From Spirochaetota bacterium (GTDB taxonomy: Bacteria > Spirochaetota > Spirochaetia > Treponematales > UBA12059), in NCBI GenBank assembly GCA_029560805.1, contig JAKQKE010000019.1, forward strand, positions 2,684-66,683: a stretch of 64,000 nucleotides of DNA. Reading direction: 5' to 3'. The translations under genes and the position numbers were made by a program. Below the pieces are notes generated by a model. It had not been told where the DNA came from and did no database searches. It saw nothing but the letters and a program-made list of their open reading frames with translations. Shown here piece by piece: positions 7,686 to 16,500 of the stretch; the stretch's first letter is position 1, and every line of letters begins with the position of its first letter.

Positions 7686-8552
7686 ATGTTCAAAGCGCTG
7701 ACCAACCTGTATTGGCTCGCCCGCGGCGTGCGCGTCTTCGCGCTCGTCGGCGGTAGCGGCACCGGCAAGAGCTTCCGCGCCAAGCTCGTCGCCCAGAAGT
7801 TCGGCATCGATATGATCATCGACGACGGACTGCTGATCAGCGGCGACGCCATCGTGGCCGGCAAGTCGGCCAAGCGCGAGAAACTGTACATGGCGGCGGT
7901 CAAGACCGCCCTGTTCCACGAGAAGGCCCATCGCGACGAGGTGGCCCGCGTGCTCCAGAAGACGCGCTGGAAGAAGATCCTCATCATCGGCACGTCAGAG
8001 AAGATGACGATGAAGATCGCCGAGCGCCTCCAGATACCGTACCCGGCCAAGACCATCAAGATCGAGGACATAGCCAGCCGCGAGGAGATCGACACCGCGA
8101 TCCGCGCCCGCAAGGTCGAGGGCAAGCACGTCATCCCCGTGCCGGCCATCGAGATCAAGCGCAGCTACCCCCGTATCTTCTACGACAGCATACGGGTGTT
8201 CCTGCAGCGCAACCTGTCGCCCGGGGGCCTCACGACGCCGAAGCTGTACGAGAAGTCGGTGGTGCGCCCCGAATTCTCGAAGCGCGGCCGCGTCGCCATT
8301 TCCGAGTCGGCGCTGTCGCAGATGGTCATCCACTGCATCGACGAATTCGACGATGCGATCCGTATCCAGAAGATCACCGTCCGGTCGGACTCGCAAGGCT
8401 ACAGGCTGACCGTCGTGATAGAGGTACCGTTCGGCTCTCAGCTGTCCGGCAAGATCCACAATCTGCAGCAGTACATCATCGACAACATCGAGCGCTTCAC
8501 CGGTATCCTGATCGAGGAGGTGAACCTGGTCATCGACCGGTTCTCCAAGTAG
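7686..8552 (+). CDS. P-loop NTPase domain fused to an Asp23/Gls24-family (alkaline shock protein-like) domain
   Basis: 288 aa. The N-terminus has Walker A GGSGTGKS. The C-terminal ~110 aa (ISESALSQMVIHCIDEFDDAIRIQKITVRSDSQGYRLTVVIEV...IEEVNLVIDRF) looks like an Asp23 family domain. Confidence 0.55.
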   Translation: MFKALTNLYWLARGVRVFALVGGSGTGKSFRAKLVAQKFGIDMIIDDGLLISGDAIVAGKSAKREKLYMAAVKTALFHEKAHRDEVARVLQKTRWKKILIIGTSEKMTMKIAERLQIPYPAKTIKIEDIASREEIDTAIRARKVEGKHVIPVPAIEIKRSYPRIFYDSIRVFLQRNLSPGGLTTPKLYEKSVVRPEFSKRGRVAISESALSQMVIHCIDEFDDAIRIQKITVRSDSQGYRLTVVIEVPFGSQLSGKIHNLQQYIIDNIERFTGILIEEVNLVIDRFSK

Positions 8553-8620
8553 GATGTTCGGTCCCGTTTGACAACGGACTGGACGGGGTTTAGGATAAAC
8601 GTACCATGGAGGGTACCATA

Positions 8621-9904
8621 GTGAAGAAAATACTGAGCTTCGCGGTCATCGCCCTGGCGCTGGCCGTGTGCGCCGGCGCGCAGGATGCCGCGGGCGTGAC
8701 CAATCCCGCTCCGGCGGCGGCGCCGGTAGCCGCTCCCGCGGCTACCGCCGAGGTCGTGGCCGTTCCGGCCGCGCAGCCGACCGCTTTCAGCAGCGCCAGC
8801 TCCCTGCGCTACGCCGTCTGGTCCGACGCCGGCAAGGATGACGCCGTCAGGCTCGCGACGACCCTCGACGGGCTCTTCGCCGTGTACAACGAGTACTTCC
8901 GCTTCGACGAATCGGCCCTCAAGGCCCCGTTGACGGTCAGGAAGTTCGCCGAGAAGGCCTCGTTCGACGCCTACCTGGCCAAGGTGATAGGCGAGACCAA
9001 GGACGACTTCGTCTACCTGCACTACCCGACGATCGAGCGCTCCGAGCTGGTCATCTTCGGCAAGGCCAGCGCCGACGACTTCGACGCCTCGCTCGCCCAC
9101 CAGGCCTTCGTGCAGTTCCTCAAGGCCTTCGTCCCGGAGCCTCCGCTCTGGATCCGGGAAGGCTTCGCCGTATTCTTCGAGCGCACCCGGGCCAATCCGT
9201 CCACCGGCGTCGTAGCCTACGCCGAGAACCAGTCCTGGCTCGAGACCATCAAGCTGCTCAAGTCGCAGGATCGGCTCTACACCGTCTCCGAGCTGATGCT
9301 CCTGTCCTCCGACGAGGCCAAGAGCGGGCTCGACGTGTTCTACCCGCAGTCCTGGGCCCTCGTCTCGTTCTTCATCAACAGCCCCGACCGGCGCTATAAC
9401 CGTTTCGTCTGGGACGCCATCGGCCTCCTGGCCCGCGACGCGACGCTCGAGCAGAACCAGAACGCCGTCCGGGACTTCTTCCTGCGCTGGCACGGGCAGG
9501 AAGCGGCGGAGTCGGACTTCCTGACCTACCTGGACGGCCAGAAGACCTTCGCCGAGCTGGTGACCTCCGGGGTTCGCTCCTACGGCGACAAGGACCTCGA
9601 GACCGCCTACAAGGCCTTCTCCCAAGCCCTGACCAAGAACGCCGCCAGCTACATCCCGCACTACTACCTGGGCCTGATCGCCTACGCCCGCGGCGACTAC
9701 GCGCTGGCGCAGGACTACTATCTCAAGGCCCTCGAGCTCGGTAGCGACGCGCCCATCACCAACTACGCGCTCGGCATCAACGCCTACGCCTCCAGGCGCT
9801 TCGACGAGGCCCGGGCCTACCTGCAGAAGGCCTCGGACGGCGATCCGACCAAGTACCAGGAGAAGGCCGGCGAGATCATCACCCGCATCTCCAGCGGCAT
9901 GTGA
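8621..9904 (+). CDS. Secreted protein with C-terminal TPR repeats and a DUF1570-like N-domain
   Basis: GTG at 8621 is preceded by GGAGG (8-nt spacer) and gives MKKILSFAVIALALAVCAGAQD, a signal peptide. TPR-like ...YYLGLIAYARGDYALAQDYYLKALELG.... The ORF-track ATG at 8606 is an alternative start. Confidence 0.5.
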   Translation: MKKILSFAVIALALAVCAGAQDAAGVTNPAPAAAPVAAPAATAEVVAVPAAQPTAFSSASSLRYAVWSDAGKDDAVRLATTLDGLFAVYNEYFRFDESALKAPLTVRKFAEKASFDAYLAKVIGETKDDFVYLHYPTIERSELVIFGKASADDFDASLAHQAFVQFLKAFVPEPPLWIREGFAVFFERTRANPSTGVVAYAENQSWLETIKLLKSQDRLYTVSELMLLSSDEAKSGLDVFYPQSWALVSFFINSPDRRYNRFVWDAIGLLARDATLEQNQNAVRDFFLRWHGQEAAESDFLTYLDGQKTFAELVTSGVRSYGDKDLETAYKAFSQALTKNAASYIPHYYLGLIAYARGDYALAQDYYLKALELGSDAPITNYALGINAYASRRFDEARAYLQKASDGDPTKYQEKAGEIITRISSGM

Positions 9905-9936
9905 TACGAACGAGCCGAGCGTATCGAGCTACAAAA

Positions 9937-9962
9937 GCCGCCCCGAGAGGGGCGGCTTTTTT
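9937..9962 (+). terminator. Rho-independent terminator
   Basis: GCCGCCCC gaga GGGGCGGC followed by TTTTTT. An A-run upstream could let it act on the convergent minus-strand gene as well. Confidence 0.85.
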
Positions 9963-10001
9963 GTGGCGAACGCTTGCATATGGGGCTTTTCCGGCCGGCG
10001 C

Positions 10002-10799
10002 TTAGACCTCGAGCTCGAGCCCGTCGTAGGCCGGGCCGGCCGGGAAGGGCAGGCCGGCGTCGTCGCAGTAGCTCTGGAGCCGCTCATGGGACAGGTCGTG
10101 GCAGATATGGGTCAGGAGCAGCCTGGCCGGCCGCAGCTCGAGGGCCAGCGCCAGCGCCTCGTCCACCGACAGGTGCGTCGGGTGCGGCCTGAGCCTCAGC
10201 GCGCCGAGCACGAGCAGGTCGAGGCCGCGTAGCATAGCCTTCGACGAGTCCGGGACGGACGAGCAGTCGGTCGCGTAGGCCAGGCCGTCGAGCCTATAGC
10301 CGAGGACGCGCCGCCCGCCGTGCGAGAGCGGAACGGGGCGGACGACGAGCGAGCCGACGCTGACCTGCCGCGGCGCGGAGCCCGTTCCGTCCGGCCCGTC
10401 GAGGTCGAGGAGCTCGAGCCGCGGCTTGCCGCCTCCGGCCTGGCCGGCCGAGAACACGTACGAAAAGCGGTGCCGCAGCTCGGACGCGTCCAGTCCGGAG
10501 GCGTAGACCGGTAGCGGCCGGCCCCGCGTCAGCGGGCGCACGTCGTCTATACCATGCACATGGTCGGCGTGGGCGTGGGTGACGAGGAGCGCGTCGAGGG
10601 CGTCGAGGTGGGCGGCGAGCGCCTGTAACCGGAATTCGGGGCCCGCGTCGAGCAGGATGCGCTCGCCGCCGTCGCCGGTCACCAGGGCGGAGGAGCGGTA
10701 GCGCGTGTCGCGCGGGTCGGTGGACGAGCATACGGGGCAGGAGCAGCCGAGCACCGGCACGCCGTGGCTCGTGCCGGTGCCGAGGAAGCGTATCCTCAC
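10002..10799 (-). CDS. MBL-fold metallo-hydrolase (PhnP-like)
   Basis: 265 aa; FLGTGTSHGVPVLGCSCPVC and the HxHxDH motif THAHADHVHG. The GTG start overlaps the upstream stop (GTGA). Confidence 0.8.
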   Translation of the reverse strand: MRIRFLGTGTSHGVPVLGCSCPVCSSTDPRDTRYRSSALVTGDGGERILLDAGPEFRLQALAAHLDALDALLVTHAHADHVHGIDDVRPLTRGRPLPVYASGLDASELRHRFSYVFSAGQAGGGKPRLELLDLDGPDGTGSAPRQVSVGSLVVRPVPLSHGGRRVLGYRLDGLAYATDCSSVPDSSKAMLRGLDLLVLGALRLRPHPTHLSVDEALALALELRPARLLLTHICHDLSHERLQSYCDDAGLPFPAGPAYDGLELEV

Positions 10800-12193
10800 G
10801 GTCGGTCCAGGGCCTGGGGTTCGAAGCGGCTAGCCGCCGGCATGCGCACGAGCTTGACGAACTCGTAGCCGCGCCGCGTCACCGCGTCGAGGGACGTCTC
10901 CGCCGCGCTCTCGAAGACCGCCACCCTGAAGGCGCCGTCCTCGTCGAAGTACGGGAAGAGGGCGGCGATATGGAAATAGCGCCGCAGGTTGGGTGGGGCG
11001 CTCTCGCGGGCGTTGAACTGGGCGAGGTAGAAGCGGCCGGGCTCGGAGGATGCCAGCATGAACAGCACGGCCTTGAGGCCGCGCACGTCGAGGCCGGCGT
11101 CGTCGAAGTTGTCCGAATACGGCTCGTAGGCCGAGCCGCCGTTGACCGGATCGGCGTCGGAGACGCGCAGCGCGAACGGCGCCTCGGCGACGTCGTTGGC
11201 GAGCGGCGACTCGTCGCGCAGCGACGGGTAGAAGGCGGACCAGGCCGCCCGGGCCAACGCGCGCGACCAGTCGAGCCCGAAGAACGGGTCGTATCGCTCC
11301 TCGAAGCCGATGGTGAACGAGGAGCCGCGGCGGTCGAGCATGCGTTCCTTGAGCCTGCCCACCGCCAGGTAGTTCCCCGTAATAGGATGCAACATCCCGT
11401 CGACCAGCCATTTCACGAAGCCCGAGCAGTTGAGGCCGGCGGGTTTCGCCTGGTCGGCGAGCGTCGAGATGAGGACGGCCCGCCCGTCGGCGTCTATCGC
11501 TCCGTCGTCGGCGTAGCGCAGCGACGGCAGCCCGGCGCGAACCGAGGCCATGAGGCCGCGCAGGTCCCGATACAGCGCCGGGTCGGGCGAGAATCTGCTC
11601 CAGTCGATCACGTCGGAGGTCAGGCCGACGATCCGCGAGAACGGCGAGCGCAGCAGCTCCTCGAAGGGGAGCGGTATGATCGCCTTGTGGTAGAGGACGC
11701 CGCCATAGGCCACGACGTCGATCCTGGAGCGCGAGCCGTAGGGGTACAGCCTGACGAAGGTGCCGGGGTCGCTCCGGACGAAGACCTTGGCCTGCAGGAC
11801 CGAGCCGTCGGCGGCGGATCGCTTGATGATCCAGCTACCCTGGGCGTAGAGCGGCCCGCCGCCCGGCTTGGCCCCGCCCGAGCCAGGCGCGAAGACGACG
11901 TAGAAGGCGTCGCCGCCGTCGATCACCGAGATCGACCAGGGGCCCCAGCCGTTCCTGGCCGCGGCGCCAGGGTAGGCGAGCGCCTGGGCCTTGGGGCCTT
12001 CGATGAGCCTGGCCCAAGCGCCGATCCGTATGTCGTCGTTCTCGGGCATGGACGAGATGGGCCTGTCGCCGCCGAGCGAGCCGGCCGCGCCATCGGCCCG
12101 GGCCGGCGCGACGGACGACAAGGCCGCGAGCATCGTGAGCGCCGCTACGAGGGCGCGGCAGCAAGGTCGACTATCGTGCTTCAATGGTGCCAT
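10796..12193 (-). CDS. Secreted hypothetical protein (possible papain-like/NlpC-P60-like Cys motif)
   Basis: 465 aa with an N-terminal signal-like segment ALVAALTMLAALSSVAPARADG. The internal GLNCSGFVKW resembles catalytic-Cys motifs of NlpC/P60-type peptidases (weak). Confidence 0.3.
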   Translation of the reverse strand: MAPLKHDSRPCCRALVAALTMLAALSSVAPARADGAAGSLGGDRPISSMPENDDIRIGAWARLIEGPKAQALAYPGAAARNGWGPWSISVIDGGDAFYVVFAPGSGGAKPGGGPLYAQGSWIIKRSAADGSVLQAKVFVRSDPGTFVRLYPYGSRSRIDVVAYGGVLYHKAIIPLPFEELLRSPFSRIVGLTSDVIDWSRFSPDPALYRDLRGLMASVRAGLPSLRYADDGAIDADGRAVLISTLADQAKPAGLNCSGFVKWLVDGMLHPITGNYLAVGRLKERMLDRRGSSFTIGFEERYDPFFGLDWSRALARAAWSAFYPSLRDESPLANDVAEAPFALRVSDADPVNGGSAYEPYSDNFDDAGLDVRGLKAVLFMLASSEPGRFYLAQFNARESAPPNLRRYFHIAALFPYFDEDGAFRVAVFESAAETSLDAVTRRGYEFVKLVRMPAASRFEPQALDRP

Positions 12194-12316
12194 CGCTCAT
12201 AGTATCGGCCCGATCGGCCGAATAGGCGAGTGCCGCCTGGGCCGTAGCGTCAGCGGTTCAGGTTCTACCGACCCGAGCCGATAGTCTAAGGGAATAACGC
12301 CGATCAAGGATGGTCC

Positions 12317-13507
12317 ATGCCCGCGTCCCCCATGCATAGGTCAACGCTCGTATCTATCGCGGTGTTCGTATCCGCCGCCCTCGTCAGCCTCGGTTCGTCG
12401 TCTCAGTTCTCCGAGAGCGTCGGCGCCGGCCCCGAAGCCGCTTCGGCCTCGGGACCGGAAGCGGCGCAGGCGGCGGCCGGCTCTGCCTCGACCTCGGCCT
12501 CGACCTCGTCGACGGCGATGGCGATGGCGATGGCGACCCGGCCCGCTACGGCGGACGCCTCGTCAGCGAGGACGGCGGAGCCGTACCGGCTGTTCCCGGC
12601 CCTACTCGGAGCCGTACCCGAGCCGAGCTCGGAGGGCCGCGTCGTCTACGGTCCGCGTCCGCCCATGAGCGCCGAGGACGCCGAGGCTCTCAGACGGTCC
12701 ACCGAGCTCGCGGCCGCCGAGGCGGCCGAGCGTACGCCCGTGCTCGCCGGCAACCAGGTGCTCGCCTTCTACGGCAAGCCCGGAGCCCCCTCGATGGGCA
12801 TACTCGGGGAGTATACCAAGGAACAGCTGGCGCCGCTGCTCGACGGCTACGCTAGGCTGTACGACGGCGTCAACGGCGATCTCGGGGTGGTGCCGGCCTT
12901 CTATATCATCTACGGCACCTGCTGGCCGGCCGGGGAGATAGGCATCCTCAAGGACTCGGTCGTCCGCTCGTATATCGAGTTCGCCGCGGAGCGCGGCTGG
13001 CTCGTCTTCCTCGACCACCAGCTCGGTAAGTACGGGGTGGAGGAGTCGGTCCGCTCGATGCTGCCGTACCTGTCCTACCCGAACGTGCACCTGGCGATCG
13101 ACCCGGAATGGCGAACCCTCAAGCCGATGGAGGAGATAGGCTCGATCACCGGCGCTGAGCTCAATGAGGCCCAGCGCCTCATCGACGCCTACCTGCGCGA
13201 CCACGGGCTGCCGGGGATACGCATGCTCGTCGTCCATCAGTTCAAGCCGACGATGATACGCGACTCGGGGAGCGTGAAGGCCGGTTTCGACCGGGTCGTG
13301 CTCGTCCATACCGCCGACGGCTTCGGCTCCCCGGCCCTGAAGCGCCTGACCTACGCGAGCAACGCGCGCCTGTCCAACATGCCGGTCAAGGGCTTCAAGC
13401 TGTTCTTCGAGTCGAAGGTCGTGGGCGCCGGCTGGGACAAGCCCCTGATGAAGCCGGAAGAGGTGCTGGCCCTCGACCCGATGCCCCTCGTCATCATGTA
13501 CCAGTGA
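12317..13507 (+). CDS. Secreted or membrane-anchored hypothetical protein
   Basis: 396 aa with a hydrophobic N-terminus (STLVSIAVFVSAALVSLGSS), a low-complexity Ala/Ser/Thr linker and a conserved-looking C-terminal domain. Function not recognised. Confidence 0.3.
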   Translation: MPASPMHRSTLVSIAVFVSAALVSLGSSSQFSESVGAGPEAASASGPEAAQAAAGSASTSASTSSTAMAMAMATRPATADASSARTAEPYRLFPALLGAVPEPSSEGRVVYGPRPPMSAEDAEALRRSTELAAAEAAERTPVLAGNQVLAFYGKPGAPSMGILGEYTKEQLAPLLDGYARLYDGVNGDLGVVPAFYIIYGTCWPAGEIGILKDSVVRSYIEFAAERGWLVFLDHQLGKYGVEESVRSMLPYLSYPNVHLAIDPEWRTLKPMEEIGSITGAELNEAQRLIDAYLRDHGLPGIRMLVVHQFKPTMIRDSGSVKAGFDRVVLVHTADGFGSPALKRLTYASNARLSNMPVKGFKLFFESKVVGAGWDKPLMKPEEVLALDPMPLVIMYQ

Positions 13508-13578
13508 TGAGTGTAACCGTTCCGCGCGGCATTGCATTATACTGTTAACCGTACCCCGTCTTGAGAAGGAGCGCCCGT

Positions 13579-16500
13579 ATGATCCTCCGAGCAAAGCCCC
13601 TGGCCTTGATCGCCATAGCGTCGTTGGCCCTGTCGCTGGCGGCGGCCTACGACCCGCCTAGCGGCGCCGAGACGGCCGCCTCGCTCGCCTCACCCGCGCT
13701 CCTCGCAGGAGGCTACTCGGCCGCCTCGACCGAATCGCCGATGGCGGATCTGGCCAATCCGGCCGCTTCGGCCGCGCAACAGCGCCTGACCCTCGATCTG
13801 AGCTACGGCGCCCTCGTCGGCCTGGCCGACGATACCGGTTGGGGCAGCGCCCTGAACCTCGGCATAGCCGTACCTCGGGCCTACGGCGTCTGGACCGGCT
13901 ATCTCGGTCTCCTGTCGTCGCCCTTCGGCTCGATGCCCCTCGGCACCGTGGTCACGGGCCGCGTCGGGCTGGCCAAGGATCTGTACCCGGACCTGCTGCT
14001 CGGACTGGCCGTCGATACGCGGCTCGGCTCGAACGGAGGTTTCGGCTGGGGCCTCGCCGCCGACCTCGGCGTGATAGGCCTGGCCGGCGACGTCGGCGCG
14101 CTCAAGAACCTCGTCTGGGGCGCCTCGCTGCGCAACATGGGCAAGGCGTTCGAGGCTCCCGGCGCGGTGGGGCTGTCGGGCGGGCTCGCCTCGGCCTATG
14201 ACGCTCCGTTCACCCCGCAGGTCGGCGCCTCCGCCGACCTCATACGGGCCGACAAGGCCGGCCTCAAGCTGTCGGCCAACGCCGACCTATGGTTGCCCAC
14301 CTTCCAGAACGCCGTCTTCGCGACGGGCCTGAGGCTCGGCTGGCGCGACCGCGCCTTCCTCAGGCTCGGCTGGGACTTCAACCTGCGCGAGGCGATCGCC
14401 GGCGTCGACCAGGGCCTGCTACCCAGCTTCGGCCTCGGCGCGAGCTTCGCCATCGACCGCGAGAGCGACGATTCGCTCCTCTCGAAGGCCGGCCTGGACC
14501 GTTCGGAGATTCGCCCATCCTTCTCGGCCGCCGAGCTGTACGGCGGCGTATGGGCCTTCTCGGGCGGAGCGAACGTGCCGGTCGGCGTACTCGATCGGGT
14601 CCCGCCCAGGATCACCGTGAGCTATCCCGCGGTCGAGCATGACGCCTACTACATCAGCCCCAACAGCGACGGCGCTCGCGACCTTCTGACGCTGCCGCTC
14701 TCGATCACCGACCAGCGCTACGTCCAGAGCTTCTCGCTCAAGGTACTCGACGAGTCGGGCGCCGTGGTCAAGACCATGGCCAATAAGGAGTCCAGGCCCG
14801 AGAACCAGGACCTGAAGGGCCTCCTGGGACGCCTGCTCTACGTGAAGAAGGGAGTCGACGTCCCGGCCGAGCTCGAGTGGAACGGCCTAACCGACTCCGG
14901 CGCCGCGGCCCCGGATGGGCGCTACTTCGTCGTCATCGAGGCGGTCGACGATAACGGCAACGTGGCCTCCACCGAGCGCTGGCCGGTCGTCATCGATACT
15001 GTCCCGCCGAGCGTCAAGGCCTCGGGTCCCGCCGGGGACGCCTTGATTTTCAGCCCGGACGGCGATGGCAGCAAGGACGAGTTCGCCATAGCGCAGGAAG
15101 GGTCCGTCGAGGACTCCTGGGTTGCCGTCGTCACCGACGCCGCCGGAGCGACGGTACGCTCCTGGACGACCGCGTCGGCCGCCCCGTCGGCCCTGCGCTG
15201 GGACGGCAAGAACGACTCCGGCAAGGTGGTGCCTGATGGCGTGTACTCCTACCGTGTCGCCGCCGTCGACCGGGCCGGTAACCAGGGCTCCGCCAGGATA
15301 GACAACATCATCGTCAATACCCAGCAGCCGCCGGTCGGCGTGTCCATCGACCTGGCCGCCTTCAGCCCCGACGGCGACGGCGTCAAGGACTCTCTGACGC
15401 TGACGCCGAACGTGCCGGTCAAGGCCGGCCTCGCGTCGTGGCGCCTCGCCGTCCTCGACGACAAGGGCGTCGAGCGCTGGGCCGCCTCTGGCGTCGGCGC
15501 CGATTCGATCGAGCCGGCCTACCGTTTCTCGGGTAAGGACGCCTCCGGGGCGGCCCTGCCCGAGGGGACCTACCGGACCCGGTTGTCGGTCTCCTACGTG
15601 AACGGCCACGGCCCCGTGGCGCATTCTCCGAATTTCGTCATAGACGTCACGCCGCCGGCGGCCTCCGTCTCGGTGGGCCGCGCCGCGTTCAACCCGCTCG
15701 GCGACGCCGACGCGACGCTGACCCTGAGCCAGGCCGGCTCGACCGAGGAACGCTGGGCCGGCGAGCTACTCGACGCGTCCGGCGCCCCGGTCAAGACGTG
15801 GATCTTCATAGGCAAGCCCGATCCGACCGTCATCTGGGACGGCTCCGACGACGCCGGCAAGGTGGTGCCCGACGGCTCGTACGCGTACCGTCTGTCGGCC
15901 ACCGACAAGGCCGGCAACTCGGGTTCCGCGACCGGTCCGGCTATCGTCGTCGACACGCAGAACAAGGCCGTACGGCTATCGCTCGACCGTCGCGCGTTCA
16001 GTCCGAATGGCGACGGCGTCGCCGATACGGTGGCGATGGTCCCGGAGAGCCAATCCGCCACGGCCGTGCAGTCGTGGTCCCTGACCGTGGTCGACGCGGC
16101 CGACGCCAAGGTCCGCGGCTACTCGGGCTCCGGCTCGCTGCCGGCGCGCCTGAGCTGGGATGGCCGTAGGGACGACGGCTCGAAGGCCCCCGACGGTATC
16201 TACCGGGCCGCCCTCGAGGTGCGCTTCGTCACCGCCGAGGTCGAGAGCGCCCGCTCGGTCGACCTGGCGCTCGACGTCACGCCGCCCGCCATAGAGCTGT
16301 CCGCCGCCGAGACCCTGTTCAGCCCGAATGGCGACGGCCGCAAGGATGTCCTCTCCATACGCCAGACGTCGACGCCCGGTGACACCTGGGAAGGGGCCAT
16401 CCTCGACTCGGCCGGCCGCGTCATGCGCGCCTGGACCTGGAAGGACGCCGCCGTCGACTTCGACTGGGACGGCGCCGATTCCGAGGGGAATAAGGTCGCC

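Noticed and set aside
8553-8605. Possible terminator hairpin (CCGTT tgac AACGG / TCCCGT...ACGGGG TTT) after the P-loop/Asp23 gene.
   Set aside because: The stems are short and imperfect, only three T residues follow, and the next gene starts within ~50-70 nt on the same strand. This is too weak to call.
12480-12545. Short tandem codon repeats (GCCTCGACCTCG..., GCGATG x3). Similar GCGGCCTCG repeats lie at 23985-24015 inside addA.
   Set aside because: These are low-complexity Ala/Ser/Thr/Met or Ala/Glu linker coding sequences inside ORFs. They are not independent repeat elements.
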